Assembly (NCBI GenBank): GCA_963717145.1
Contig: OY970325.1
Coordinates: 1,472,001-1,536,000 of the forward strand
DNA length: 64,000 bases
Direction: 5' to 3'
DNA from: an uncultured Armatimonadetes bacterium
GTDB taxonomy: Bacteria; Armatimonadota; UBA5829; DTJY01
The position numbers and the translations under genes are program-made. Under the pieces are notes generated by a model. It searched no databases, was not told the DNA's origin, and was given only the letters and a program-made list of their open reading frames with translations. Positions 27,895-37,524 of this stretch are shown piece by piece (the first letter of the stretch is position 1; each line of letters opens with the position of its first letter).

Positions 27895-30255
27895 CTACCG
27901 GTGCCTCAAGAGCCGCATGCCATTTGCTATGACGAGAAGCGCGCTGCCCTCATGACCAAAGACGCCGAGGGAGAGCCGAAGCCATCCCGCGAGCGTCGTG
28001 CCGACCAGTGCGCCTATTACAATCAGCGCAAAAATCACGTTCTGCCGGATCACCCGCACTGTGTCGCGGCTCAGCCGTATTGCATACGGGAGCTTGACGA
28101 GATCGTCCGACATCAAGGCGATATCGGCCGTCTCCAGTGCAACGTCGGAGCCGGCCGCTCCCATCGCGATTCCGATCGTCGACGCGGCAAGAGCCGGCGC
28201 GTCGTTCACGCCGTCGCCCACGACGGCCACTTTCCCGAACCGCTCGATCAGGACACGAACAATATCCACCTTGTCCTGCGGCAGGAGTTCCGCATAGTAC
28301 TCATCCACATTGAGTTCGCGAGCAACGGCGCGCGCGGTCGCCTCATTGTCGCCCGTCAGCATGACGATGCGCCTGATACCGATCCTCCGAAGCTCCCTGA
28401 ACGCCTCCCCGGCTGTCGCCCGGATGGTATCCGACACGGCGATCATCCCGGCAAGACCTCCGTCGGTCGCCACCATGACGACGGTCTTGCCTTCCTGCTG
28501 CAGTTCGAGCAGCCGATCGTTCCAGTCGCCGATCTCGATGCCGAGCTGCTCCATCAGCCGCGAGTTGCCGACGATGGCAGTCGATCCGTTGAACTTCGCC
28601 GCGGCCCCCATTCCCGTCAGCGCCTCGAAGTCGGTGATCGCCTGCGGGAGGAGATGCTGCTCCTTCGCGTATCGGAGAATCGACTGTGCGAGAGGATGCT
28701 CCGACCGGCTCTCGACGCTCGCCGCGAGGGTCAAGACCTGCTCTGAAGTGAAAGTATTCGCCGCGACGACGTCGGTTACCTCCGCCTGACCGGTCGTGAT
28801 CGTCCCTGTCTTGTCGAAAACGACGACCTTGATGCCCCCGGCGGCTTCGATGTGCGCCCCACCCTTGATCAGCACTCCGTTGCGGGCGGCATTTCCGATG
28901 GCGGAGACGATCGCGACTGGTGTGGAGATGACCAGCGCGCACGGACACGAGACCACGAGCAATGTGAGGCTGATGTACACGGCCTCGACGAGCGTCGTGC
29001 CGGCGACGTATGGCCAGGTCGCGGCGATGACGACCGCCAGACCGACGACGGCCGGTGTGTAGTACCGACCGAAGACCTCGGTGAACCGCTGAGACGGCGC
29101 TTTCTCGGCCTGAGCCTCCTCCACGAGGTGGATGACCTTCGCCAGTGTGTTGTCCTCCGAAGTCGCAGTCGCACGGATCTCGAGCGACCCACGGTCGTTG
29201 ACGCTTCCGGCGAAGACTTCGTCGTCAACCGTCTTCTCGACGGGGATCGACTCACCGGTGATCGCGGCCTCATTGAGTGTGGACGCGCCCTCGACGACGA
29301 TTCCGTCGGTCGGGATCTTGTCGCCCGGACGCACGACAAAGATGTCGCCGACCTTGACCTCGCTGATCTCGACCTCGTGCTCGTGGCCCTCGTGAAGGAC
29401 CGTCGCCTTCGTTGGGAAAAGACCCACCAGAGAGCGGATCGAGTCACGGGTGCGCTCCATGGTACGCGCCTCAAGAGCGTTGCCGAGGGAGAAGAGGAAC
29501 ATGACGGCGGCGGCCTCGAACCAGTCGCCGATTACCATCGCTCCGACGGCCGCGACAGTCATCAGGAAGTTCATGTCGAGCACGAGTGATCGCAGGCTGT
29601 AGAAGGCTCCTCGAGCGGCATAGAATCCGGCGACGACTGCGGCGACTCCATAGAGCGCATTCGCCGGTGACTGCCATCGAAGGGACAGCAGTCCGCCAAT
29701 GACGAGTGACGATCCTGCGATCGCAGTGAGCAGGGCCTGATTCTCGAGCCTGGTGCGCACCGGTCGGGCGATCTCCCTGGGCTCCTCCCCGGCAATGGCT
29801 GTTTCCGGCGACTTGGCGCGCTTCACATCGTAGCCGGACGCGCGGATGCGCTTCTCGACGGCGGGGATGGTGACCTTGTCAGGCTCGTACTCGAGGCTGA
29901 GCTTCGAGGAGGCGTAGTTCGTTGATGCCCAAAGGACGCCGGGCATCCTTCCGACGGCCTTCTCGAGCTTGAGCGCGCAGTCGGGGCAGTCGAGTCCGAC
30001 GAGGGTGAGGGTCGTGTGGCTGAACCGCTCCTTCAGTTCGACGCCGATATGCTTCGCTCGACGTTCGACATCCTCGATCCTTGCCAGGTGTGGGTCGTAC
30101 GTGAGGATGAGAGTGCAGCCCGCCCGATCTACATCCACCGATGAGATGCCTTCGACCTGAAGGAGCGAGTCCTTCAGGCGGTTGACACATCGCTCGCACT
30201 CCTCGAAGCCGGGAGGGAGGATCACCGGTAGGCTGAGAGTTCTGGTTTCAAGCAC
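27895..30255 (-). CDS. Heavy-metal P1B-type ATPase (ZntA/CadA-like)
   Basis: Two HMA domains (CERC, GLDCPDC), TGES, SCPC, DKTGT, SEHPL, GDGVNDAP. Start estimated. Confidence 0.92.
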   Translation of the reverse strand: MLETRTLSLPVILPPGFEECERCVNRLKDSLLQVEGISSVDVDRAGCTLILTYDPHLARIEDVERRAKHIGVELKERFSHTTLTLVGLDCPDCALKLEKAVGRMPGVLWASTNYASSKLSLEYEPDKVTIPAVEKRIRASGYDVKRAKSPETAIAGEEPREIARPVRTRLENQALLTAIAGSSLVIGGLLSLRWQSPANALYGVAAVVAGFYAARGAFYSLRSLVLDMNFLMTVAAVGAMVIGDWFEAAAVMFLFSLGNALEARTMERTRDSIRSLVGLFPTKATVLHEGHEHEVEISEVKVGDIFVVRPGDKIPTDGIVVEGASTLNEAAITGESIPVEKTVDDEVFAGSVNDRGSLEIRATATSEDNTLAKVIHLVEEAQAEKAPSQRFTEVFGRYYTPAVVGLAVVIAATWPYVAGTTLVEAVYISLTLLVVSCPCALVISTPVAIVSAIGNAARNGVLIKGGAHIEAAGGIKVVVFDKTGTITTGQAEVTDVVAANTFTSEQVLTLAASVESRSEHPLAQSILRYAKEQHLLPQAITDFEALTGMGAAAKFNGSTAIVGNSRLMEQLGIEIGDWNDRLLELQQEGKTVVMVATDGGLAGMIAVSDTIRATAGEAFRELRRIGIRRIVMLTGDNEATARAVARELNVDEYYAELLPQDKVDIVRVLIERFGKVAVVGDGVNDAPALAASTIGIAMGAAGSDVALETADIALMSDDLVKLPYAIRLSRDTVRVIRQNVIFALIVIGALVGTTLAGWLRLSLGVFGHEGSALLVIANGMRLLRHR

Positions 30256-30280
30256 TTTGGAAGCCCTATAGAGCACACCC

Positions 30281-30339
30281 GTAGGGGAGGCCTTCAACGG
30301 CCTCCCGCCGGCGGGCGGGCGTAGAAGCACCGCCCCTAC
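30281..30339. repeat. GTAG-type REP pair
   Basis: GTAGGGGAGGCCTTCAACGGCCTCCCG...GCCCCTAC. Confidence 0.8.
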
Positions 30340-30380
30340 GGCCCATCGAGGTATTCCCAGAATCCTGAGTGTCAGACACG

Positions 30381-31889
30381 TCAGACGGTCGGGCTGATCC
30401 CAAAGAGCGCCGCCGCGTTCTTGTAGAGAATCTTCTCCAGGTCCTCTCGCCCAAGACCGGCTTCCTCGTATGAACCTGCGATGAACCCCGGATGGATCAG
30501 GTCGAGGTCGCTACCGAAGAGAATGCGATCAGCCCCCGCGATTTCCACCGTCCGGCGGACTTTGTCGGTTTCGAGGCCACTGGAACAGAACTCCAGATAC
30601 ACATTGTCCATCGACTTGATCACGTCGGCCGCCTCACGCCATGCGTCCGAGCCTCCGTGGCCCATGATGAACTGCAGGTTCGGGCAGTCGCGGGCCACAT
30701 CCTGGATCTGCGACGGTGTGCCGGCCCCATACGTGTGGATCAGCACGGGCTTGCCATACCGCTCGACTTCACGAAGGAGCGCGCGGTTCTTCGGTGAGTT
30801 GGTCGGCTGACGGCAGTACGCCGGGTGGATCTTGACGCCGATGAAGTTCGGCTTCTTGAGATAAGCCCCGAGTTCCCTGCACGACGCCTCGAAGTAGTTC
30901 GGGTTCACGGTGACATATCCGAGCAGTTCCGGGTGGCCCTCGATCGCGTCGGCCATCTGCTTGTTGCCCTGAACGAAATCGTAGACGATCGCATAGCTCG
31001 ACGACATGACCGTCCTGTTGATGCTCCGATTCCTCATGATCTCCAGGATGTAGTCTATGCCCCACCGGCGCATCGGGAACGGCCACTTGCCGTAGTGGGA
31101 GTGAACGTCGATGATGGGAATGCCGGCGAACGGGTGATCGAGGCTCAGCTTCACGTCCGGCACACTGACACCGAGGATCCGCTGGAGATTGCCCCCCAGG
31201 ATCAGCGCCTTCTGATTGTCCGTCAACTCGGCTTCCACCACACCATTGAGTGAGGCGCGCATCGAGAGTGTCGGGCTCCCCGATCCGTAGACGACGCGCT
31301 CGGCGCCGAGGGCATCGACCGTGACCGCGAGCGAATCCGGCGTGTCATTGACCTGGGCTTCCAGGAATATGGACGGATGCTCCAGAGCGGCGGCGATTCC
31401 CTCAGCGAGATTCCCGTATCCGATCCCGGTGAGGATCACAGGAATCGTCGAGCCTTCGACCGCGCAAATGACTTCAGACGGACCACCTCCTCCCGCACCG
31501 TTCAGGATGACCGGCATCCCGAGCCGCTCCAATTCCTTGAGGATCGGCTTGACCAGCGCGGAGTTCAGCTTCCATCCCTGCTGCTCGGGAAAGAGCCTGA
31601 GGGCGACGAAGCCTTCGCTCTTGCACTTCCCGATCTCCTCGATCACGCCGAGATGCCGGCGCGGATCGACGGTTGCGACCGGAAGCAGGCCGGGGTTCGA
31701 GTCGCAGACCGCGAGCGTCTCCTCATTGCCCTCCCGAAAGTCGTACGCGATGCCCTTGAGCGAGTATGTCAACGCTCCGGCGATTCCGTACCGGCTCATC
31801 GACGACCTGAGCTTCTCGACCGAGACATCCGTGTCGCGGTATGGCAGGAATCCGAAATGGGTGCTGCAGTCGATGACTGTGTAGCCCAT
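30381..31889 (-). CDS. Amidohydrolase-family protein with two tandem TIM-barrel domains
   Basis: IDCSTH...RVVYGSG in the first half; IDVHSH, GVKIHP, MGHGG, ILFGSD in the second. Confidence 0.8.
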   Translation of the reverse strand: MGYTVIDCSTHFGFLPYRDTDVSVEKLRSSMSRYGIAGALTYSLKGIAYDFREGNEETLAVCDSNPGLLPVATVDPRRHLGVIEEIGKCKSEGFVALRLFPEQQGWKLNSALVKPILKELERLGMPVILNGAGGGGPSEVICAVEGSTIPVILTGIGYGNLAEGIAAALEHPSIFLEAQVNDTPDSLAVTVDALGAERVVYGSGSPTLSMRASLNGVVEAELTDNQKALILGGNLQRILGVSVPDVKLSLDHPFAGIPIIDVHSHYGKWPFPMRRWGIDYILEIMRNRSINRTVMSSSYAIVYDFVQGNKQMADAIEGHPELLGYVTVNPNYFEASCRELGAYLKKPNFIGVKIHPAYCRQPTNSPKNRALLREVERYGKPVLIHTYGAGTPSQIQDVARDCPNLQFIMGHGGSDAWREAADVIKSMDNVYLEFCSSGLETDKVRRTVEIAGADRILFGSDLDLIHPGFIAGSYEEAGLGREDLEKILYKNAAALFGISPTV

Positions 31890-31893
31890 GATG

Positions 31894-33153
31894 TCAACTC
31901 CGTGCAAAATGCCGTGCGACCTTCTGCACGCCTGTGACGATATCGTTCACGTCCTTGTCCGTGAAGAACTCGTTGCACGGAAGGGTGATGATCGTCCTCA
32001 GGATCTCCAGCGTATTCGGGCAGTCGCTCTCCTGGTACTCACGGGGATTGGCATGCGGGCAGGTGAACGGGCAGCCGGAATCGCCGTAGGTGATAGTATT
32101 CAGGAACATCGGCGACATGTAGATCGGCTTCCCGATGTACCCTACTCCTGCCGGGATTCCCTCCTTCGAGAGCGCCTGGCCGAACTCGACCGGCGTGACC
32201 CCAAGCAGCGATTCGTCGATCGTGATCGGATAGAGCCACCAGGAATGCTTGCAGCCTTCGCGGACGGTGGGAAGGTTGACTCCGGGGGCGTCGGCGAGAC
32301 CCTTCGTGACGGCTTCGGCGATCTTCCTTCGGCGGGCGACAACGCTCTCAACCTTGCCGACCTGCGCGACCGCGACTGCGCCCGTCAGCTCGTTCATGCG
32401 GTAGTTGATGCCGAGGAACGGGTAGTCACGCGCGCCCGGCTCTCTCGGCCAACCCTTGTCGGCAAACAGCTTGGCGCGTCGGCCGAGGACATCGTCGTTG
32501 GTGACCGTTATGCCTCCGTCGCCGGCGGCCATGTGCTTCGACTGCTGCATGCTGAAGCAGCCGATGTCGCCCATCGTGCCGACGAGCCGTCCCTTGTACT
32601 CGGCGAGATAAGCCTGGCAGCAGTCCTCGATGACCTTCAGATTGTGCTTCTTCGCAATATCGAGGATCGGGTCCATGTCCGCCGATTGGCCGAACAGGTG
32701 GACGACCAGGATCGCCTTCGTTTTGGGCGTGATCCGCGCCTCGATGCTCTCGGGGAGCATCGTGTACGTCTTCGGGTCGAGATCGGCGAATACGGGAATC
32801 GCGTTCTGGAAGAGGATACCGATCAGCGACCCCATATCGGTGATCGGCGCGGTGATGATCTCGTCGCCCGGATTCGGGTTGGCCGCGGCCACGGCGACAT
32901 GGATCGCCGAAGTGCCCGACGTCGATGCTATGCCATGCTTGAGGCCCAGAAGAGCCGCAAAGTCGGCCTCGAATTTGTCTACGAACTTCCCCCCGTATCT
33001 GAAGAGGTTGCCGGAATCGATCACCTCTCTGAGATTTGCCGTCTCCTCCGCGCCGAACCCCCGGCCCGACTTGTTGCCTACGGAAGGCAGCGGCCCCGTC
33101 CGAACCGGAGTCCCGCCGTCTATCACCAGTGTCTCGCTGTCCAAAGTAGCCAC
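31894..33153 (-). CDS. DegT/DnrJ/EryC1/StrS PLP-dependent aminotransferase
   Basis: SGTSAIH, VHLFGQ, IEDCCQA, FSMQQSKH, NYRM. Confidence 0.92.
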   Translation of the reverse strand: MATLDSETLVIDGGTPVRTGPLPSVGNKSGRGFGAEETANLREVIDSGNLFRYGGKFVDKFEADFAALLGLKHGIASTSGTSAIHVAVAAANPNPGDEIITAPITDMGSLIGILFQNAIPVFADLDPKTYTMLPESIEARITPKTKAILVVHLFGQSADMDPILDIAKKHNLKVIEDCCQAYLAEYKGRLVGTMGDIGCFSMQQSKHMAAGDGGITVTNDDVLGRRAKLFADKGWPREPGARDYPFLGINYRMNELTGAVAVAQVGKVESVVARRRKIAEAVTKGLADAPGVNLPTVREGCKHSWWLYPITIDESLLGVTPVEFGQALSKEGIPAGVGYIGKPIYMSPMFLNTITYGDSGCPFTCPHANPREYQESDCPNTLEILRTIITLPCNEFFTDKDVNDIVTGVQKVARHFARS

Positions 33154-33357
33154 CTCGCATTATCTTTTTTGCCCAAGCGACTCTGCCCGGACATACACGC
33201 TTAAGATGCTACACCGACCACTGAATTCCCTCCCGCCTTCATCCGCACTCCAAAGGGTGTCAAGCCACCGCACTCCGACGAGAAGCGCCCTGTCCGCGGC
33301 TGGAAGCCGTGGGCAGGGCGCTTATCTTGCATATATCTGAAACCTGATCGGTCGGCT

Positions 33358-33798
33358 CTACTTCTTGCTCAGCTCCGGCACGATCTTGGTGAGCTTTGCG
33401 ATATCCTTGCTGTCGATGGCGGAATTCGCGCCCAGGACCGACGGGAGAGCTTCCACCAGTGGCTGGCGCAGGATCCTGCGGCAAACGTCATCCATCAACC
33501 GAAGACCTACCTCCTCACGCGTGATGTTGGCAGTGTACACGAAGGCATCCGTCTTCCTCGTGCCCAGTCTCTTCTGGGTAAGTATCCCCTTCTTGGAGAG
33601 CTTTGCCATCGTAAGCATGATGGTAGAGTAAGACAGCTCTCGGCGCGGGTACATGATCTTGAAGACTTGGGCCGATGTGATCGGCGGCTGGAGTTCCCAG
33701 ATCACGTCCATGATCTGCGCCTCCAACTCCCCAAGCGACTGCCCCAACAAGCCTTTCCGAATCCCGACATAGTCCCGCGCCCCGTTCTTTGCATTCAT
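33358..33798 (-). CDS. BlaI/MecI/CopY family transcriptional regulator
   Basis: LGELEAQIMDVIW, LSYSTIMLTMAKLSKKG, FVY. Confidence 0.85.
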   Translation of the reverse strand: MNAKNGARDYVGIRKGLLGQSLGELEAQIMDVIWELQPPITSAQVFKIMYPRRELSYSTIMLTMAKLSKKGILTQKRLGTRKTDAFVYTANITREEVGLRLMDDVCRRILRQPLVEALPSVLGANSAIDSKDIAKLTKIVPELSKK

Positions 33799-34063
33799 AT
33801 AGCCACACTCCTTTGCTGATCTTCAGCGAATTCTGGGCTCCTCGCTGCGGTTCTGCGACGTCACATCCATGAGCGCCCGCGGTCAAGTCTGAGAGTTACA
33901 ACAACTAGTACGCGTGGCGATCTGTGGGTCTCAAGACCGCAAGGAACGTGTTGCTGTGATATGATAGCAATCCGTGGGAGCGCTGTCAAGCTTTATGTAC
34001 GACTTTGCCCAGGTGCAGCAATGATCATCGTGTCTGGTCACGTGGATCTGTATCCGACCCATG

Positions 34064-35215
34064 CTACCGGGCCGCGCGCGGCTCGAATTTCGGCTTGTAG
34101 TCCGAGCAGTTGAAGGACTTGGAGCTCTCCTGCGGCGATTCGGCTTCCGACAGGTAGACGTAATCGCCGGAGACCGAGCACCGCTGATACGTCTCGTCAT
34201 AGAGCCCGCAGTCCATGCAGCGTCGAAGGACATTCCAGCATACCGCACAACGCAGGCTGCCGACGAGTTCGATGCGACCGCACAACGGGCAGTGGATGTA
34301 GACCTCTTTGAAGCCGTGATCGTCCTTTCGGAGCGCCAGCCTGATCTTGTTGCAGAAAACGTCCAGTTCGGCGGAAGCCGTCGCACAACTGCTGAGCACC
34401 TGGTTCATCTCCTCCAGCTTCATGTACTCGATCAGCCGCTCGTCGATCACGTCCGACAGGTGGTTGGCCGCTTTTTCCAGGGCTTGAAGATGCTGGCCCG
34501 CCGTTTGTGACTTGAAAGGCTTCGTCTTCTTCTGCGCCTTGCCGATCTGCTTGAGGATCTCCTCCGTCACGCGCAGAGGCACGCGCAGGAACGCTTCCGT
34601 CTTGGCCGGAACCTCACGGATCGCCTCCAGAATGCGCTGCGTCTCGGCTGCTGACAGATTCTCGTCCTTGATCTTCCGTACGATGCGGGCCTGGAGTCCC
34701 GGATCGGAATTCATGGTCTTCAGCAGACGCGCATGGGCCTCGGAAAAGCAGCTCTCTGACGCGCCGCTGAATGACTCGATCAGCTCGCGCTGAATGGCCT
34801 CGGGGAGTTCGAGCAGGTCGAGATGACGGCGGAGGGTGCTCTCGCTCACACCGAGCGTTTTCGCGCACTTCTCCCACGTCATGAAGCCGAGCAGCGACTC
34901 GATGGCCCTGGCGCGGTCGATCGGGTTCAGGTCTTCACGCTGGAAGTTTTCGAGCAGCGCATCTGCGGCGGCATCCTCGTCGTTCATCTCCCGGATGACC
35001 GCCGGTATCTCATCCAAACCCGCCAGGCGGCTCGCGCGATACCTGCGCTCGCCCATGACGATCTCGTACTTATCGTCTTTGGGTCGGACTACTATCGGCT
35101 CGAGGACCCCGCGCTCCTTTATCGACTGAGCCAGCTCTTCCAGGCTGCTGTCGTAGAACGTCTGCCTCGGCTGCTTGCTGTTGGTGACAATCTCGTCAAC
35201 GCTGATTAGTTGCAA
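34064..35215 (-). CDS. ParB/Spo0J-like protein with C-terminal Cys-rich region
   Basis: QPRQTF, GVLEPIVVR, GERRYRA, ENFQREDLNPI, HTH; tail CPLC..CAVC..CMDC. Start estimated. Confidence 0.82.
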   Translation of the reverse strand: MQLISVDEIVTNSKQPRQTFYDSSLEELAQSIKERGVLEPIVVRPKDDKYEIVMGERRYRASRLAGLDEIPAVIREMNDEDAAADALLENFQREDLNPIDRARAIESLLGFMTWEKCAKTLGVSESTLRRHLDLLELPEAIQRELIESFSGASESCFSEAHARLLKTMNSDPGLQARIVRKIKDENLSAAETQRILEAIREVPAKTEAFLRVPLRVTEEILKQIGKAQKKTKPFKSQTAGQHLQALEKAANHLSDVIDERLIEYMKLEEMNQVLSSCATASAELDVFCNKIRLALRKDDHGFKEVYIHCPLCGRIELVGSLRCAVCWNVLRRCMDCGLYDETYQRCSVSGDYVYLSEAESPQESSKSFNCSDYKPKFEPRAAR

Positions 35216-35364
35216 TGCGCACCCCCATTTGCTTTCCCCACTGAGAATACTCCTACTCATTATTATGGGATCAGAGCACGAGCCGAATAGGGACGAAGGC
35301 CGCTGCGGACGAAAAACCGGCATATGTACTTGTGGAAGCCGAGCTTGAATGCTATACTCCGAAT

Positions 35365-36627
35365 ATGCCACGCTCCATAGCAGGAAGGTTTCTCGTACTG
35401 TCCGTCATCCTGATCATCGCCCTGTCCGGCTGCGGCGGAGGCGGAGGATCGCGGCTTTCCGTGATCCCGGACGATCCGCGATCCCCCCGAGTCTGGACGG
35501 TGCTCGTCTACATGGCGGCGGACAACAGCCTGGAGTCGTCCGGAATCGAGGACATCAACGAGATGGAGACCGTCGGCTCGACAAGCCAGGCGACGGTACT
35601 GGTGCAGATCGACCGCAGACCCGGCGGCGATGACACCAACGGTGGCTGGACGACTACGAGAAGGTATCGCATCACTCGCGATTCCGACCCATCCCTGATC
35701 GGTTCGGAGCTTCTGGCGGACCTCGGCGAGCTGAACATGGCCGATCCCGCGCGACTGACCGATTTCGTTCAGTGGGGAGTGCAGAACTACCCGGCTGAGC
35801 ACTACCTCCTGGTGCTTTGGGACCACGGACAGGGATGGCAGAGCCGCGCGCTCTCCGTTCGACCAAGGGAAGTCCGAGCGATCCACGTCGACGAGACGAG
35901 CGGAGGCGACGACATGAGCCTCCCCGAACTGGAGGAGGCGTTTGCTCCCCTGCCCCGCATGGACATCGTGCTCTTCGACGCGTGCCTCATGGGGATGGTG
36001 GAGGTCGCGCATTCGATCGAGAACTCGGCGGATATCATGATCGCATCCGAGGAGGAGATCCCCGTCGCCGGCCAACCGTATCAGTCGCTGGTGGGGAGGC
36101 TCGTCTACAATCCGAGTATCGAGCCGCCAGCGGTTGCATCAGCGGTGGTCGATGACTACATCAGCCACTACAGCGGAATCAGTTCGCCGTGCACCCTCTC
36201 CGCTCTCGACCTGAGTCGCATGGGGGAGCTGGTATCGGCCACGGATGATCTTGCCGCACAGATGATTGCCGCCAGTGGAGCATGGGGGTCGGCGATCCGG
36301 CTGTCAGCCGAGCAGGCCCAGCACTTCCAGAGCGACAGAGCCGGCAACTCGACCTATACCGACTACCGCGACCTCTACGACTTCGCCTGGAGGGTCAGGG
36401 GATCGGTGCTCAGCGTGCCGATGCGGACTGCGGCATCGGATGTGATCTCCGCGATCGAAGCTGCGGTCATCGCCCAGAGGAACACCGGGGGCACTGTCAC
36501 CAACTCGCACGGAGTCTCGATCTACCTGCCCACGCCGGAGACTCGTTCGGGTGCGCTCCTCACGCAGTACGCGGGCATCAGCTTCGGGCGGGATACGCAG
36601 TGGGACGAGTTCCTCGCGGCATATTAG
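35365..36627 (+). CDS. Clostripain-family (C11) cysteine peptidase lipoprotein
   Basis: Lipobox LSGC, YMAADNSL, WDHGQGW, FDACLM. Confidence 0.88.
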   Translation: MPRSIAGRFLVLSVILIIALSGCGGGGGSRLSVIPDDPRSPRVWTVLVYMAADNSLESSGIEDINEMETVGSTSQATVLVQIDRRPGGDDTNGGWTTTRRYRITRDSDPSLIGSELLADLGELNMADPARLTDFVQWGVQNYPAEHYLLVLWDHGQGWQSRALSVRPREVRAIHVDETSGGDDMSLPELEEAFAPLPRMDIVLFDACLMGMVEVAHSIENSADIMIASEEEIPVAGQPYQSLVGRLVYNPSIEPPAVASAVVDDYISHYSGISSPCTLSALDLSRMGELVSATDDLAAQMIAASGAWGSAIRLSAEQAQHFQSDRAGNSTYTDYRDLYDFAWRVRGSVLSVPMRTAASDVISAIEAAVIAQRNTGGTVTNSHGVSIYLPTPETRSGALLTQYAGISFGRDTQWDEFLAAY

Positions 36628-36630
36628 AGG

Positions 36631-37524
36631 CTATCGGCGGAGAGTGGTGTCCACTCGTGGCCGACCATCCGCAAATGACACCTCGACCGCGCCGTCCTGA
36701 TCCGTGCGGCACGCCTTGATCCCCCGCGCCGTGAGCCTTTCCAACACCTGCCTGCTCGGATGGCCGAATGGGTTGTTCCGACCGACGCTGATGACCGCGA
36801 CCTGAGGGCTGACCTCATCGAGCCAGGAATCGCTCGTGGAGTCGCTGCTGCCGTGATGAGCCACCTTCAGCACGCCGCTCCTGATGTCGCCCGCGAACTC
36901 CATGATGCTCGCCTCGGCATCGCGTCCGGCGTCACCCATCAACATGATGGACGACCGCCCGCTGGTCACGCGGAGGACGATAGAGTTGGTGTTGACGTCA
37001 TCCTCTGTTCCGACCAGGTGCTCTTCCGGCGGGTTGAGTACCTCGGCTCTCGTTCCATCGCCGAGGTCGAGCACCTGACCCCTGACCGCCTTCCGAAATG
37101 GGATACCACGATCTCGAACGGCGACCAGGAAGTCCCGATAGGCCTTGGAGGGATGTGGTATCGCCGGATCGAGCACCATGCCGACGCGGAAGTCGCGCAC
37201 CACGGCGGTGAGTCCGTTGAGATGGTCCGCGTGCGGATGAGTGAGCACGAGGACATCGATGCGGTTGACACCCTGCCTTCTCAGGAACGGCTCGATGAGC
37301 TTGTAACCAATGTCGCCCGATCCCTCCGAGCCGCCGTCGACCAGCATCGTGCGACCCGAGGGAGTGCGGATGAAGGAGCAGTCCCCCTGCCCCACGCTGA
37401 GAAACGTGGCGGCGAACTGACCGGTCACCGGCGGCCTGAGCGCCTCCTGCCAGATCCAGGCGGCGAGGACGGCCAGAACCGCCATCAGGAGATATGCCCT
37501 GTTAAGGTGTTTTCGTGACGGCAT
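36631..37524 (-). CDS. comEC: ComEC metallo-beta-lactamase domain protein (separate ORF)
   Basis: VGQGD, THPHADH, GDA, KVAHHGS, NPFGHP, RTDQDG. Confidence 0.85.
   Translation of the reverse strand: MPSRKHLNRAYLLMAVLAVLAAWIWQEALRPPVTGQFAATFLSVGQGDCSFIRTPSGRTMLVDGGSEGSGDIGYKLIEPFLRRQGVNRIDVLVLTHPHADHLNGLTAVVRDFRVGMVLDPAIPHPSKAYRDFLVAVRDRGIPFRKAVRGQVLDLGDGTRAEVLNPPEEHLVGTEDDVNTNSIVLRVTSGRSSIMLMGDAGRDAEASIMEFAGDIRSGVLKVAHHGSSDSTSDSWLDEVSPQVAVISVGRNNPFGHPSRQVLERLTARGIKACRTDQDGAVEVSFADGRPRVDTTLRR

Noticed and set aside
33896-33912. BlaI/CopY operator upstream of the regulator
   Set aside because: TACAACAACTAGTA is only a weak partial palindrome, so it is not supportable.
34034-34050. parS site downstream of the ParB-like gene
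   Set aside because: Only the CACGTGGA core matches; the flanking arms of the parS palindrome are missing.
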